Shown: positions 23,660 to 34,331, numbered from the whole stretch's first letter. The stretch is DNA of 63,600 nucleotides, filler included, from a bacterium (GCA_026985515.1; 7 parts of 7 records of this genome joined end to end with filler, not necessarily neighbours in it); one strand, 5' to 3'. Translations and numbers: made by a program. The notes: a model not told the origin generated them from the sequence alone.

Positions 23660-24576
23660 TTCTGCTGATCTTCACATGCTCAAATTCTCTGCTCTCTTCT
23701 CATGAAGTTCTTATTACCACCGACCCTCCCGGTGCCTTTCTCAACATTGATGGTAAGCTTGTGGGCAAAACTCCAGTTATAATTAACGAAGATTCACCAT
23801 TCAAGGAGTATTCAATCCTCATTACAAAGAGTGGTTACAGACCTCTGCAGAGAACTTTATTCAGTAATCATCCCGGCAATGGATTATGGGAAAGCCTCTT
23901 CTTTGGTGGAGGAATCTCACTTTTACTGGCAACCCCTGCCCTCCCCTCAACCCTGCATCCCCTCACCATTTCCTCCTCCATTCTTTTCATGCTTGCATCA
24001 ACTTCTCTTCTTGACAGATACCACTTCCTTCTAGTGAGAAAAGATGGGAAAAGGAAAATATCAACTCCGGGCATAATAAAATGGAAATTTCCTGTGAATT
24101 ATTTTCCCTCTGATGAGAGATTCAACATTTACTTTGCCACAAGAAAAGAAGTGGACTCAGAGGGTCACAGCAAGAGAATCATTCTCAACCTTAAAAGATT
24201 TTCTGCACAATTCGATATTCTCTCCAGCTTCTCTCATCATACCACTTACGAAAACCTCTCACTCCTTTTTTATCCCGGGAAAAACTTTGAAGGGAAGTTC
24301 TCATTAATAATGGATGAGTTCAAATATTCAGGATTCAAAATTGGAATCAACAGACTTTTTCCCATATGGAATGGCGATTATGGGAGGGTCTTTCAGGTTT
24401 CTGCGGGAATAGGAGGAGGGAAGCTCAACAATAAATTTATTCTTTCCGTTCCTCTTCTGGTGGAAGTTTCTGTCACAGAAATAACATCCTTCTTTTCAGG
24501 TATTGAATTTGACCATACTGGTGCGGAAAAGAGTATCGATATGGGTATCTTAACTGGAGTAAGGTTTCTGTTCTGA
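23614..24576 (+). CDS. PEGA-domain membrane or secreted protein (start uncertain; track start 23761 cuts the PEGA domain)
   Basis: Frame open from 23590; upstream of the GTG it reads KTFILILLIFTCSNSLLSSHEVLITTDPPGAFLNIDGKLVGKTP (signal-like stretch plus PEGA motif); ends GVRFLF like a beta-barrel. Confidence 0.6.
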   Translation: MRNNERNSFQKTFILILLIFTCSNSLLSSHEVLITTDPPGAFLNIDGKLVGKTPVIINEDSPFKEYSILITKSGYRPLQRTLFSNHPGNGLWESLFFGGGISLLLATPALPSTLHPLTISSSILFMLASTSLLDRYHFLLVRKDGKRKISTPGIIKWKFPVNYFPSDERFNIYFATRKEVDSEGHSKRIILNLKRFSAQFDILSSFSHHTTYENLSLLFYPGKNFEGKFSLIMDEFKYSGFKIGINRLFPIWNGDYGRVFQVSAGIGGGKLNNKFILSVPLLVEVSVTEITSFFSGIEFDHTGAEKSIDMGILTGVRFLF

Positions 24577-25343
24577 TGAGGATCACTGTTCTGGGTTCTG
24601 GAACATCTACCGGGGTTCCCGTAATAGGATGCAGCTGCGAGGTATGCAGATCTGAAAACCCCAAGAATAAAAGAACTCGGAGCAGTATCTACATTGTTGA
24701 AGATGAAACTCATATTCTTGTGGACACAACCCCCGATCTGAGATTTCAGGCTTTGAGGGAAAGGATTACCAGAATTGATGCGGTGATTTACACCCACACT
24801 CATGCCGATCACCTCCACGGCATAGATGAATTGAGAATCTTTAATTTTCTGAAAATGGGTCCAATTCCAATCTATTCCTACAGAGAACATCTTGAAGAAA
24901 TTAAAAGAAGATTCTCATATATATTTGATGGGAAATCTGCTCCAGGAGGTGGAAAACCGTGGCTGATTCCAGAAGAGGTGAAAGAGAACGAACCCTTCAA
25001 GATCGGTAGACTTGTCTTTATTCCATTAACACTGTACCATGGAAATATGAGGGTCCTTGGATTCAGGTTAAAAGATTTTGCTTACCTCACCGATTGTAAC
25101 AGGATCCCTGATGAAAGCATGGAAAAACTCAGGGGAGTCAGGGTCTTAATCATTGATGCTCTGAGATACTCTCCACACCCCACACATTTTTCTCTATCGG
25201 AAGCAATTGAAATTATAAATGTGATTTCTCCTGAAAAGGCGTATCTCACTCATATGAGCCACGATTTTGATCATGAAAAACTGAAAAATGAACTTCCAGA
25301 TAACGTTGAACCTTCATACGATGGAATGGTCATTGAGTTATGA
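24576..25343 (+). CDS. MBL-fold metallo-hydrolase, PhnP-like phosphodiesterase
   Basis: LGSGTSTGVPVIGCSCEVC, THTHADHLHG, YLTD, LTHMSH. Confidence 0.9.
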   Translation: MRITVLGSGTSTGVPVIGCSCEVCRSENPKNKRTRSSIYIVEDETHILVDTTPDLRFQALRERITRIDAVIYTHTHADHLHGIDELRIFNFLKMGPIPIYSYREHLEEIKRRFSYIFDGKSAPGGGKPWLIPEEVKENEPFKIGRLVFIPLTLYHGNMRVLGFRLKDFAYLTDCNRIPDESMEKLRGVRVLIIDALRYSPHPTHFSLSEAIEIINVISPEKAYLTHMSHDFDHEKLKNELPDNVEPSYDGMVIEL

Positions 25344-27438
25344 TTGAAGAAAATTACAAAAGATGGTTTCAGAAAAACAGAAGAAAATTCTCTGTTAAAT
25401 TATGTTCAGTTGAATTTTTAAGGAAACTTCCTTTTTACCTGATTTCTCTGGAAATTCTCCTCCTTTACAACCTTATCCTTTCACCCACACAACCATTGAC
25501 CAACATGATTATTACCGGACTATTGATTTCCCACTCCCTTTATCTTCTACTTAAAAATTGCGTTGCAATGTGGAAACTCCCCCGTGACACATTTCTCCTC
25601 AAAATGGAGAAAGAACTCTCCATTCCGCATAATCTGCTGAGTTCCGGAGAGACTATAGATGATCCCACCGTAAAAAGGATTCTCATAAAAAAGCTTCAAC
25701 CCCACACAGAGAAAGAGATAAAAATTCTACCACCAGCCATCAAGAAGAATTTAATTGCGACAACTTTAATCTTTTTTTTCACTGTAATCTATTCTCCCTC
25801 AACCTTTTTCAGAATAATTTTTTCATTGAATCAGGAAAAAAGTGGCAGTGGTACTGCAATTGTTAGCTGGGTAACCGACCTGAATTTTGAAATAAAACCT
25901 CCACCCTACACCGGACAGAAACCGTATGAACTTGAAGGTGTGGAAAAAATTCCCCTGCTCATGGGTTCAACGGTGACGATAAAATTCTCAACGACAGTTG
26001 AGGTGGATAAAGCTGAACTGGTTACTCCGGGTGGAAGAAGTATCTACTTCAAAAGGGACGGGGATATTTTTCTCACTTCCTTTACTCCTATTGAAAACGG
26101 GAAGTACAAAATCTTACTTGTAAAAAAGAGTAAAATTTACACCGACTCAACACAACCTTTTTTTGCTCTCAGAGAAGATAAACCTCCTGATGTAAAGATT
26201 CTCAAGCCCGAGAAAAATCTAACTGTAAAACTGGGAGAAAAGGTTGAATTCAGGGTAAGAGTAACTGATAACTATGGTATTCAGAAGTTGAAAGCTGTAA
26301 TGTTAACAGGAAACGAAAAGAAGGAAGAGGAACTGGAGTTAAATGAAGGTGAAAAATATGTTGAGAAAATCTGGTATTTTGACCCGGAAAAGGACGGTTT
26401 TCACGAGGGAGATACGGTGGTCATTCACTTTGAAGCAGAGGATAACAATAGTTTCAACGGACCCGGGATCGGAAAAAGCAGAGAAATAAAAATTGAGATA
26501 TTCAGTCCCGTAAAAGCGCACAGAAAACTGCTCAGAAAGGAACAGCACATCCTCGATCTCTTAGTGGATGCTCTTGATCTCTCCATAAGAATAATTGTTT
26601 ACAATGAGCAAAAGTCAGGGATGTGGAAAAAATTCAGGACTCAGATAATTCAACAGATCAGCATACTGCTACCCGAACTCAGAAATGATCAATTTACTTC
26701 AAAAGAGGTGGTAGCCTTTTTTGAAATCCTCAGGAGAAAACTTGCTTCTCTACCCGTCCCCCGCAAAGGAAAACTAAGAGATATTGAAGTGCTGGAACAT
26801 CTGATACTGAAATTAGATAACCTACTAAAAGATGAAAGATTTCAGCAAATAAGGTTGTATCAGGACCAGATAAATTTCCTGAGGGAAAAGCTACAGGATC
26901 TAATAAATCAGTACAGGCAATCCCATGACCCGGAAATATTTAGGGAGATTGAAGATACCTTGAGAGATCTTCAGCAAAAACTGAGTGAGCTACAGAACTT
27001 CATCAACGAAACAACTCCTTACCACCTTCCAGATCAATTTGTAAACTCTGAGGCATATAGGAATCTCTCCTCAGGAAGATTGAAGAGAGAAATCGAAAAA
27101 TTGAGGAAGAATCTTCAAAATATGGATAAAGAATCGGTAATAAGGGAGGCTGAGGATCTGCTCAGCAAACTCTCCCACTTCAATCAGGCTCTCTCAAAAG
27201 CTGAAGAGAAGTTTTCCGCATCCCTTCAAAGTGTAAATGCACAGCTGCAGCGGCTGGAAAAGGAATTGGAATTCATATCAAAGGAGCACAAAAAGTACAT
27301 GGAATCTCTTCGCCGCTACAACCGGAAGATTTCAAAATCTGCCTCAAAAAGAATAAGAAACATGATCAAAAGGATTCTGGACGAGATGAATTTAAGCATA
27401 CCTTCCTTTTATCTCTACTCACCCCCCATTTCGAAAAG
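25340..27438 (+). CDS. DUF4175-like membrane/coiled-coil protein (truncated by gap)
   Basis: N-terminal TMs, PPPYTG, EDKPPDV, TDNYGI, AEDNNSFNGPGIGKS, long coiled coil. Confidence 0.65.
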
Positions 27439-27538
27439 NNNNNNNNNNNNNNNNNNNNNNNNNNNNNNNNNNNNNNNNNNNNTTAATTAATTAANNNNNN
27501 NNNNNNNNNNNNNNNNNNNNNNNNNNNNNNNNNNNNNN
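27439..27538. other. Artificial scaffold spacer
   Basis: 100 nt: N run, TTAATTAATTAA (stops in all frames), N run. Confidence 0.98.
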
Positions 27539-28376
27539 AATTTTTCCCTTTTTCAACTCTGAATCTTTCACCCTGACTTTTTGAGTGGATGTATTCATGC
27601 ACCACGTTGTAGAATAGATGAGGTAGTTCCCTTTTTATCTTTTCCACTTTTTCTTCATTTAATATAGGTACACCATGACCTGGAACTATCATTTTTACAG
27701 GAAGCTCCTTTATTTTTTCAAGTGATCTGAAAAGATCAAAGCAGTTTGACCCCTGAGGTCTCAGAGTGCCGGCTTTAATCAATTCCTCTCCATTTTTTCG
27801 GACAAAAGCAACCAGAAGGTCTCCCACCACTGCCAGTCCCTTGTCTTCCAGGAAGTAGGTAATGGAATCTGGAGTGTGACCGGGGGTATGGATAACCCTG
27901 AATTTGAATCGTCCAATTTCAACTTCTCCTTCTTCAATGAATTCTGCCTGATAGTGTCGCAGCAGTGCAGGATCAATGTCAAAATATGTTTTCATAACAT
28001 CAAAAAAATTTATATGGCCTGTGGTGAAACCAGGATGATACTGGATCGCCTCATCTGTTATGGGATATGCGAAAACTTTTCCGGAATATTTCAGAACATT
28101 CATTATGGCGAAATGATCAAAGTGACGGTGGGTAAGAAAAATATTTCTGACATTGAGTGACTCAAAAAATTCTTTTTTCTCCTCAAAGAGAGGATCATTT
28201 TTTCTGTAAAAGCCAGGATCAATAAGATCCACAAACTTACCATTTTCTCCTTCCACTATGGTGGTGTTGCAGTCAAAGATGTAGTATCCTTTTGGATTCA
28301 CAGGCGAAAAGATCTTCTCACCTCGTAAGATTTTGATTCCATCAACAGCTTCAATCACTCTTTCTTTGATACTCAT
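27539..28376 (-). CDS. MBL-fold metallo-hydrolase (glyoxalase II-like), 3' end truncated by gap
   Basis: LTHRHFDH, HTPGHTPDS, VGD, PGHG. Confidence 0.85.
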
Positions 28377-28385
28377 GTCAATTTA

Positions 28386-29576
28386 TTATACCCCTATTTT
28401 GAGGGTAATTCCATATTTTTTTCCCAGGGAGAGGAGAGATTCAAGAAGATCAGATATTTCTTCGAAAGTGTGGGTGGCCATAAGAGATACTCTCAGCCTT
28501 GAGGTTCCAGGAGGTACAGTTGGTGGTCTTATTGCCCCCACAAAGAATCCCTTCTCATACAGATCCGCTGATATCTTAAGCGTGGTTTCCTCCCTCCCAA
28601 TGATAACAGGGACTATCTGGGATGAGAGATGAATCTCCCTTTTGAATAGTTCCTCTGCCCTCTTTTCAAAGAATCTGATGTTTTCCCATAATTTTTTTCT
28701 CAATCTTTCATCTTTTCTCATTATTTCCATTGCCTTTATAATGGCAGACGCAAGTGGAACCGGGTAGCCGGTGGTAAAAATAAAGCTTCTGCTCCTGTTA
28801 ATAAGGAAATTGATTAGATTTTTGCTTCCAGCCACATATCCTCCTGAAACTCCCACAGCCTTGCCAAGGGTGCCCATGTGTATTTCAATTTCATTTTGTA
28901 GACCCAGATGAAAGGCAAGTCCTCTTCCCTCTGGGCCGAAAATTCCCGTTGCATGTGCTTCATCTACCATTACAGCGGCATTGTACCGCCCGGCAATTTC
29001 AACTATTTCCTTTAAAGGTGCCAGATCTCCATCCATGCTGAAAACTGTGTCTGTGACTATCAATTTTTTTTCTGCCCTGCTTTTTGAAAGGAGTTCTTCC
29101 AGGTGTCCTGTGTCGCGATGTCTGTAGATGCTTATTTTTGCTTTACTCAGTCTGCAACCATCTATGATAGATGCATGGTTGAGCTGATCGCTGAATATTT
29201 CATCCTCCTTACCCATCAGGGCTGTTATAATACCGACATTTGTGTGATAGCCACTTGTATAAACCAGTGAAGCTTCCTTTTCTTTAAACTCAGCTATATA
29301 TTTTTCCAGCTGGTTGTGTGGTGAATGATTACCAACAATCAGTCTCGCCGAGCCAGAACCTACACCCCATTTTTCCGCAGAATTAACCAGAGCTTTTATC
29401 ACTTCGGGATGGGATGCGAGGCCAAGATAGTTGTTTGATGAAAAATTTATAACCTCTCTGCCATTTATAATGATTCTGCTTCGCTGGGGTGAGGATACTT
29501 CCCTCAATTCCCTGTAGAGACCCTTCTGTTTTATTTCATCTATTTTTTCCATTATCCACTTTTCTAACCAGCTCAT
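28386..29576 (-). CDS. bioF: 8-amino-7-oxononanoate synthase
   Basis: SSNNYLGL, LNHASIIDG, VFSMDGD, DEAHATG, GTLGKA; overlaps bioB. Confidence 0.93.
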   Translation of the reverse strand: MSWLEKWIMEKIDEIKQKGLYRELREVSSPQRSRIIINGREVINFSSNNYLGLASHPEVIKALVNSAEKWGVGSGSARLIVGNHSPHNQLEKYIAEFKEKEASLVYTSGYHTNVGIITALMGKEDEIFSDQLNHASIIDGCRLSKAKISIYRHRDTGHLEELLSKSRAEKKLIVTDTVFSMDGDLAPLKEIVEIAGRYNAAVMVDEAHATGIFGPEGRGLAFHLGLQNEIEIHMGTLGKAVGVSGGYVAGSKNLINFLINRSRSFIFTTGYPVPLASAIIKAMEIMRKDERLRKKLWENIRFFEKRAEELFKREIHLSSQIVPVIIGREETTLKISADLYEKGFFVGAIRPPTVPPGTSRLRVSLMATHTFEEISDLLESLLSLGKKYGITLKIGV

Positions 29577-30544
29577 AATATTTCCAGCCCCAGTTTAGTG
29601 ACCATTTTTATATCATCTTCAAAATTTCTTCCTTTTGTGGTGAGGTAGTTACCCACCATGAGTCCGGATACACCTGCAAGGATCAGATAAGATTGCAGAT
29701 CACCCATAAGGTATTCTCTTCCTCCAGCAATAAGAATGTGTTTATCGGGAAATATTAGTCTGTATACTGCAACACTTTTTAACGCATCGAGGGGGGTTAG
29801 ATAGTGAGCGTTTTCAAGAGGTGTTCCAGGAATGGGATGGAGAAAATTTATTGGAATTGAGTCAACATCAAGTTTTTTTAACTGATGAGCCATTTCTATT
29901 CTCTGTTCAAAACTCTCACCCAGACCAAAGATCCCTCCTGAACATATTTCCAGACCTATTTCCTTTGCTTTTTCAAGAACTCTTATTTTATCCTCCTGTT
30001 TGTGTGTTGTAACAATTCTGGGATAGTATGAAGCTGATGTTTCGAGGTTGTTGTGGTATCTTGAGAGTCCTGCATTTTTCAGATCTTTCAGAAAATCTTC
30101 ATCTATCACACCGAGGGATGCGTCTGGAAGAATCTCTGCCTTTTCTCTTATGAGTTCAACTGCCTTTAGGATTTTCATCTTTTGTCTTTTGGTAAAGGAG
30201 CCTCTTCCACTTGTGACGATGGAGAAACGCCTTGCTTTCCCTTTCTTTGCAATCAGTGCCCTGTTAAGAATTTCTTCAGGTTCCATAAGAGGATAGATGG
30301 GCATTTTTGCTTTTGACACAGATGACTGGGCGCAGAAGGCGCAATCCTCCGGACACAGCCCCGATTTGGCATTAACAATGGCGCAGAATTCAATTTTATT
30401 GGTAAAGTGTTTCTCTTTGATGGCGGTAGCAGTTGAAAAAAGGTTTAAAAGATCCGTTAGTTTATCTATTTTTTTTATTCTGTTAATGAGTTCCTCATCC
30501 AGATTGAGATCTTCAACCAGCTTTGAAAAATCCCTTCCCTGCAT
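29573..30544 (-). CDS. bioB: Biotin synthase
   Basis: KSGLCPEDCAFCAQS radical-SAM motif, YHNNLET, SIPINFL, GNYLTT. Confidence 0.95.
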   Translation of the reverse strand: MQGRDFSKLVEDLNLDEELINRIKKIDKLTDLLNLFSTATAIKEKHFTNKIEFCAIVNAKSGLCPEDCAFCAQSSVSKAKMPIYPLMEPEEILNRALIAKKGKARRFSIVTSGRGSFTKRQKMKILKAVELIREKAEILPDASLGVIDEDFLKDLKNAGLSRYHNNLETSASYYPRIVTTHKQEDKIRVLEKAKEIGLEICSGGIFGLGESFEQRIEMAHQLKKLDVDSIPINFLHPIPGTPLENAHYLTPLDALKSVAVYRLIFPDKHILIAGGREYLMGDLQSYLILAGVSGLMVGNYLTTKGRNFEDDIKMVTKLGLEIL

Positions 30545-30585
30545 AATTGAATATTATACAGTGATGGGGGAAGAATGAAAGGCTC

Positions 30586-31674
30586 TTATCTTGTAAGAAG
30601 GTTTTTAAATTGAGTGAAAAAGTCAGGTATTCCGACGTTTATTAAATATCCCGTTTCTAACTCATTAGAACTTATCTCCATTCCCAAGAGAAAATTTTCG
30701 ATGGTGGCAAGAATCAATAAATTTTGATTCGCCAACTGAATCAGGACATATTCCTTTATCGGTGGATATCCAATTTCTTTTTCTATTCTATGGTATGTGT
30801 TGAAAATAGATATAAAATTTGCCATAAAATCACCTTTATCACCTTTTTTAAATACAACTTCAGGAGAACTTGAAATATGAACAATTCCAATGTTTAATAA
30901 CGATGTTCCGAAAATATCTTGAAGTATTTGCTCTACCTTTGTTACCTCGCTATCTTGCTCATTGCTTTTAATAATTTCTTTCTGTTTTTCTCCTAAATTT
31001 CTTGTCTCTTCATCTATCTGTCTTGATGATTCCATAAGAATAAATTCAATTGGAGCTATTACCTCAGGTTTAACATTTTTGAATGGCAGTTGTTCGTAAA
31101 AATAACTCTTAAGTGAAAGAATCTTTTTTAAAGCATCAACTCCTGTCAGGTCACCGAAGTTGCATCTTATCAGATTCCCGTCCTGTATGTAAATTTCTCC
31201 TTCCCCTTCCCTTGAAACTACCTTTATTCTCGCACTTCCCTTTTCAAATCCGACTACTGAGAGTAGAGTTGGCAGATCAATTTTTACTTTTCCTGTTACT
31301 GGAGTTTCTTCATCTTTTCTTGATAATAGGAATTCTATTGATTCAATTAATTGCTCTTTGGTTACTGGTTTGCTTAACATGTAATCTATACCAATTTCTG
31401 CAATTCTCCTTGCGACTTTGTCATTTAAGTATCCGCTCACTACAAGAAATTTTTGCATAGGATTGCGTTGTTTAATGTTCTTAATCAATTTAATCCCATC
31501 CATTTTTGGCATAACTAAGTCGGTTATAATGAGATCATATTTGTCAGGAGAATATTCTTTAATCAAAGAAAAGGGATTATTGTACAATTTAATGTTATAT
31601 TTATCAGCAAGAAATGATTTATACTGTGACAATATCTTGTCCTCGTCATCTATGACGGCTATTCTGTAACTCAT
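30586..31674 (-). CDS. Response regulator: REC + PATAN/DUF4388 + C-terminal roadblock-like domain
   Basis: IDDE, TDLVMP, VSG, SKP (intact REC); GEIYIQDGNLI...ILMESSRQIDE (DUF4388-like); C-terminus homologous to 31671-32048. Confidence 0.8.
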   Translation of the reverse strand: MSYRIAVIDDEDKILSQYKSFLADKYNIKLYNNPFSLIKEYSPDKYDLIITDLVMPKMDGIKLIKNIKQRNPMQKFLVVSGYLNDKVARRIAEIGIDYMLSKPVTKEQLIESIEFLLSRKDEETPVTGKVKIDLPTLLSVVGFEKGSARIKVVSREGEGEIYIQDGNLIRCNFGDLTGVDALKKILSLKSYFYEQLPFKNVKPEVIAPIEFILMESSRQIDEETRNLGEKQKEIIKSNEQDSEVTKVEQILQDIFGTSLLNIGIVHISSSPEVVFKKGDKGDFMANFISIFNTYHRIEKEIGYPPIKEYVLIQLANQNLLILATIENFLLGMEISSNELETGYLINVGIPDFFTQFKNLLTR

Positions 31675-32048
31675 TTTCTGTTATCCTCTTTGAAAATATT
31701 ATTGAATTTCTTTATCATTTCAGGCAGAATGACATTTAAGAATAAGCCAAGAGGGATTTTCACGGAATCAAAAAGTATACTCCATTGATAGTGATCATTT
31801 GGTATCACCACAAGTTTTTTATCGTTTTTAAGGTCAAACAAATAATAATCACCAATTTTAGGAAAGTTTCCATCATGGAGTAATTTTTCAATTTTATAGG
31901 TTAACTCTGAGATTAATATACCGCCTTTTTTATGAAAATTCTTTCCAGCTACTATCTTTTTTTCTTTATTGGACCAGATAAATGTACTAACTAAGGAATC
32001 TTTTAATTCATCTTCCAGCGAAGCTAAAATTCCTTCTAATGGGCCCAT
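31671..32048 (-). CDS. Roadblock-like small protein
   Basis: 125 aa; GNFPKIGDYYLFDL...PLGLFLNVILP aligns with GYPPIKEYVLIQL...ETGYLINVGIP of the neighbour; ATGA overlap. Confidence 0.6.
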   Translation of the reverse strand: MGPLEGILASLEDELKDSLVSTFIWSNKEKKIVAGKNFHKKGGILISELTYKIEKLLHDGNFPKIGDYYLFDLKNDKKLVVIPNDHYQWSILFDSVKIPLGLFLNVILPEMIKKFNNIFKEDNRK

Positions 32049-32148
32049 TTTTAAAATCCAGTTTTATAAAAATTCTCCTTCCATACTTTTATTATAAACT
32101 TTTTTTTGTAAAATGAAAGTTTTCGGACAAATTGCTAATAAAGAGCCA

Positions 32149-33486
32149 TTAATCTCCAACAATACCTCTTATTATTTCATAATTACACTTTGCAACTGAT
32201 TCCAGATTATAGCCTCCCTCAAGAAGAAGAATTAGTCTTCCTGAAGCAAATTTTTCAGAGATTTCATTGATTATTTTTGCCATTTGATAGTAGGCATTTT
32301 CGCTGAGCATAAGACCTGTCATTTTCTCATCTCTGTGGGCATCCTGTCCAGCAGAAACAAGTATAATGTCAGGTTTGTACTCCTCTGCAATGTCATAAAC
32401 AATTTTAAATTTTTCAAGATATTCATCATCCTCAATAAGTGGTGGTAATGGAAAGTTACGGGTGTAACCTTTTCCTGGACCAACCCCGGTTTCTTCTTCA
32501 GAACCTGTATTGGGATAAAGGTTTCTCTGATGGAAGGAAACATACATGATTGGTTTGTCATATAAAATTTCCTGGGTGCCATCACCGTGATGAGCGTCCC
32601 AGTCTATTATCATTGGCCTGTATCCCTTTTCAAAGAGAGAAAGAGCCAGTCCAGCCATATTGTTGAAAAAGCAGAAACCCTTGGCCTCGTTTCTTGTGGC
32701 ATGATGTCCAGGTGGCCTGGCAAGCACAAAAATTTTTTTGTGTTCTTCCACTATTTCTCCAGCCAGCAGAGCACCACCGAAGGCTAATTTTGCAATGTCG
32801 TAGGTTTCTTTTGTTACGAAGTTGTTTCGTCCAAGAGGGGTAAGTGTCTCTGATGCCTTTTTTACTTTTTCCACAAGTTCTCTGGAGTGTACCTTGAGTA
32901 GTTCTTCCTCTGTTGCAGGTCTCGGAGGTATAAGGTTTAGTTTATGTAAAATACCCTTAATTCTGAGGTAGTTAATCGTATATGCAATTCTTTCGGCTTT
33001 CTCCGGATTGTAAGGATTGTCATAGATTAGGAATTTTTCTGTATATATCAGAGTAAGTGGTGCTTTTTTTATGATGGTGGGATATGGATCGTAAAGATCC
33101 ATAATTAAACCTCTCTGAGCGACTTTTTCAAACTTATAACCAAGTCTCTCATATATTTGGGGTCTTCCAGTTTGTACGAAGAGTTTCTTATAGCCCCGCT
33201 CTTTGAGATGGTCGATTAGCAGGTCAAGAGCTCCTTTACCATATCCTTTTCCTCTATAAAATTTATCTATTTCAAAGAACAGAAGTTCGGGGAGGTCATC
33301 TTCATGATATATAATCAGCATCCCCCCTACAATTTTACCTTCGGCTTTGATGGCAAGGTATTCTTTGTTATATTTTTTTTTTATTTTTTCGTAATAGGGT
33401 TTCCAGGGGAATTCATCCAGACGGATTTCAGTAAAAGGATAATCCTCTACCCTCGCTGTTAAAATTGGAATAAGCTCAACTATCAT
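32149..33486 (-). CDS. GNAT acetyltransferase - histone deacetylase family fusion
   Basis: GNAT motif A EIDKFYRGKGYG and IYERLGY; HDAC motifs RPPGHHA, GFCFFNN, DWDAHHGDGTQ, SAGQDAH, LEGGY. Confidence 0.92.
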   Translation of the reverse strand: MIVELIPILTARVEDYPFTEIRLDEFPWKPYYEKIKKKYNKEYLAIKAEGKIVGGMLIIYHEDDLPELLFFEIDKFYRGKGYGKGALDLLIDHLKERGYKKLFVQTGRPQIYERLGYKFEKVAQRGLIMDLYDPYPTIIKKAPLTLIYTEKFLIYDNPYNPEKAERIAYTINYLRIKGILHKLNLIPPRPATEEELLKVHSRELVEKVKKASETLTPLGRNNFVTKETYDIAKLAFGGALLAGEIVEEHKKIFVLARPPGHHATRNEAKGFCFFNNMAGLALSLFEKGYRPMIIDWDAHHGDGTQEILYDKPIMYVSFHQRNLYPNTGSEEETGVGPGKGYTRNFPLPPLIEDDEYLEKFKIVYDIAEEYKPDIILVSAGQDAHRDEKMTGLMLSENAYYQMAKIINEISEKFASGRLILLLEGGYNLESVAKCNYEIIRGIVGD

Positions 33487-33512
33487 ATAGGGATTCCTTC
33501 AATGTTGATAGG

Positions 33513-33536
33513 AAAAAAAGGGGGGAAGAATCCCCC
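33513..33536 (-). terminator. Intrinsic terminator after the roadblock gene
   Basis: Minus strand GGGGGA-TTCT-TCCCCC then CTTTTTTT. Confidence 0.7.
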
Positions 33537-33541
33537 GCCTA

Positions 33542-33910
33542 TTATCCTATTGTTTCATCAAAATCTTCCACAGCTTCGTCCAGCATCATTCTTACAAGAC
33601 CAAGATTCATGTCTTTGCTACCAATGACGAAGATGAATACTTTTGCCTTTTCTGAATGCATAAGAACTATTTTACCTTCTGTTCCTTCAATTGAGATGGT
33701 GTCTGGTTTCCCAAGGGCAGCTTCTGTTATAACTTTCGTTGCAGTGTTAACTGCATGAGAAATCAATGCAGCGATTTTGTCCTGGGCGTATTTTTTATCC
33801 AATTTTGATGCTATGATCATTCCATCTGTACCAACAATTGCAGCTCCCTCTGAACCTTCAATATGAGAAAGTTCATCAATGATTTTGTCGAATACTTCCT
33901 GTCGTCCCAT
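33542..33910 (-). CDS. Roadblock/LC7 (MglB-family) protein
   Basis: IEGSEGAAIVGTDGMIIAS, IEGTEGKIVL, NLGLVRM; AAGGAGG SD. Confidence 0.9.
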   Translation of the reverse strand: MGRQEVFDKIIDELSHIEGSEGAAIVGTDGMIIASKLDKKYAQDKIAALISHAVNTATKVITEAALGKPDTISIEGTEGKIVLMHSEKAKVFIFVIGSKDMNLGLVRMMLDEAVEDFDETIG

Positions 33911-33980
33911 TGTAACCTCCTTTCAATTTTCAATAATTAATATAATCACGTTTACAGGAAAAGTCAATATAATTACCTAT

Positions 33981-34316
33981 TCAAGAGGTTCTCATGAGAT
34001 TTTCAATTTCAAGAACAACTGCAAAGAAACTTGTATCTGATTTGTCAGTAATAGCTATTATTAGTAAATCTCTAAAAGTTTCACTTTGATTGAAAAAAAT
34101 GTGTTTGTCGTCAGTTACTATAAAACCTCTATAATTTGAAAAATCAAAGTTTTCACCTTCGAGTTTCCTTGTAAAATTTCTTAAAATTTTCTTTACAAGT
34201 TCTTTACTGTCCAGATTGGTTTCACCGAATATTGCAAGTTTCTCACTTGTTGCGTTATATATTAAAATTGAATCCAATCCAAACTCATTTATAATTGAAC
34301 TTATTTGCGGTTCCAT
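33981..34316 (-). CDS. Divergent roadblock-like protein; paralog of 57546-57890
   Basis: 111 aa with roadblock-like alpha/beta pattern; SIINEFGLDSILIYNA vs SLIKEFDLDNLLIADA. Confidence 0.55.
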   Translation of the reverse strand: MEPQISSIINEFGLDSILIYNATSEKLAIFGETNLDSKELVKKILRNFTRKLEGENFDFSNYRGFIVTDDKHIFFNQSETFRDLLIIAITDKSDTSFFAVVLEIENLMRTS

Positions 34317-34331
34317 TTCATTTCTCCTCTT

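Noticed and set aside
27483-27494. TTAATTAATTAA repeated six times across the window
   Set aside because: Always centred in a 100-nt N block; an artificial all-frame-stop linker, not a biological repeat. ORF-track ends containing X or LIN are artefacts.
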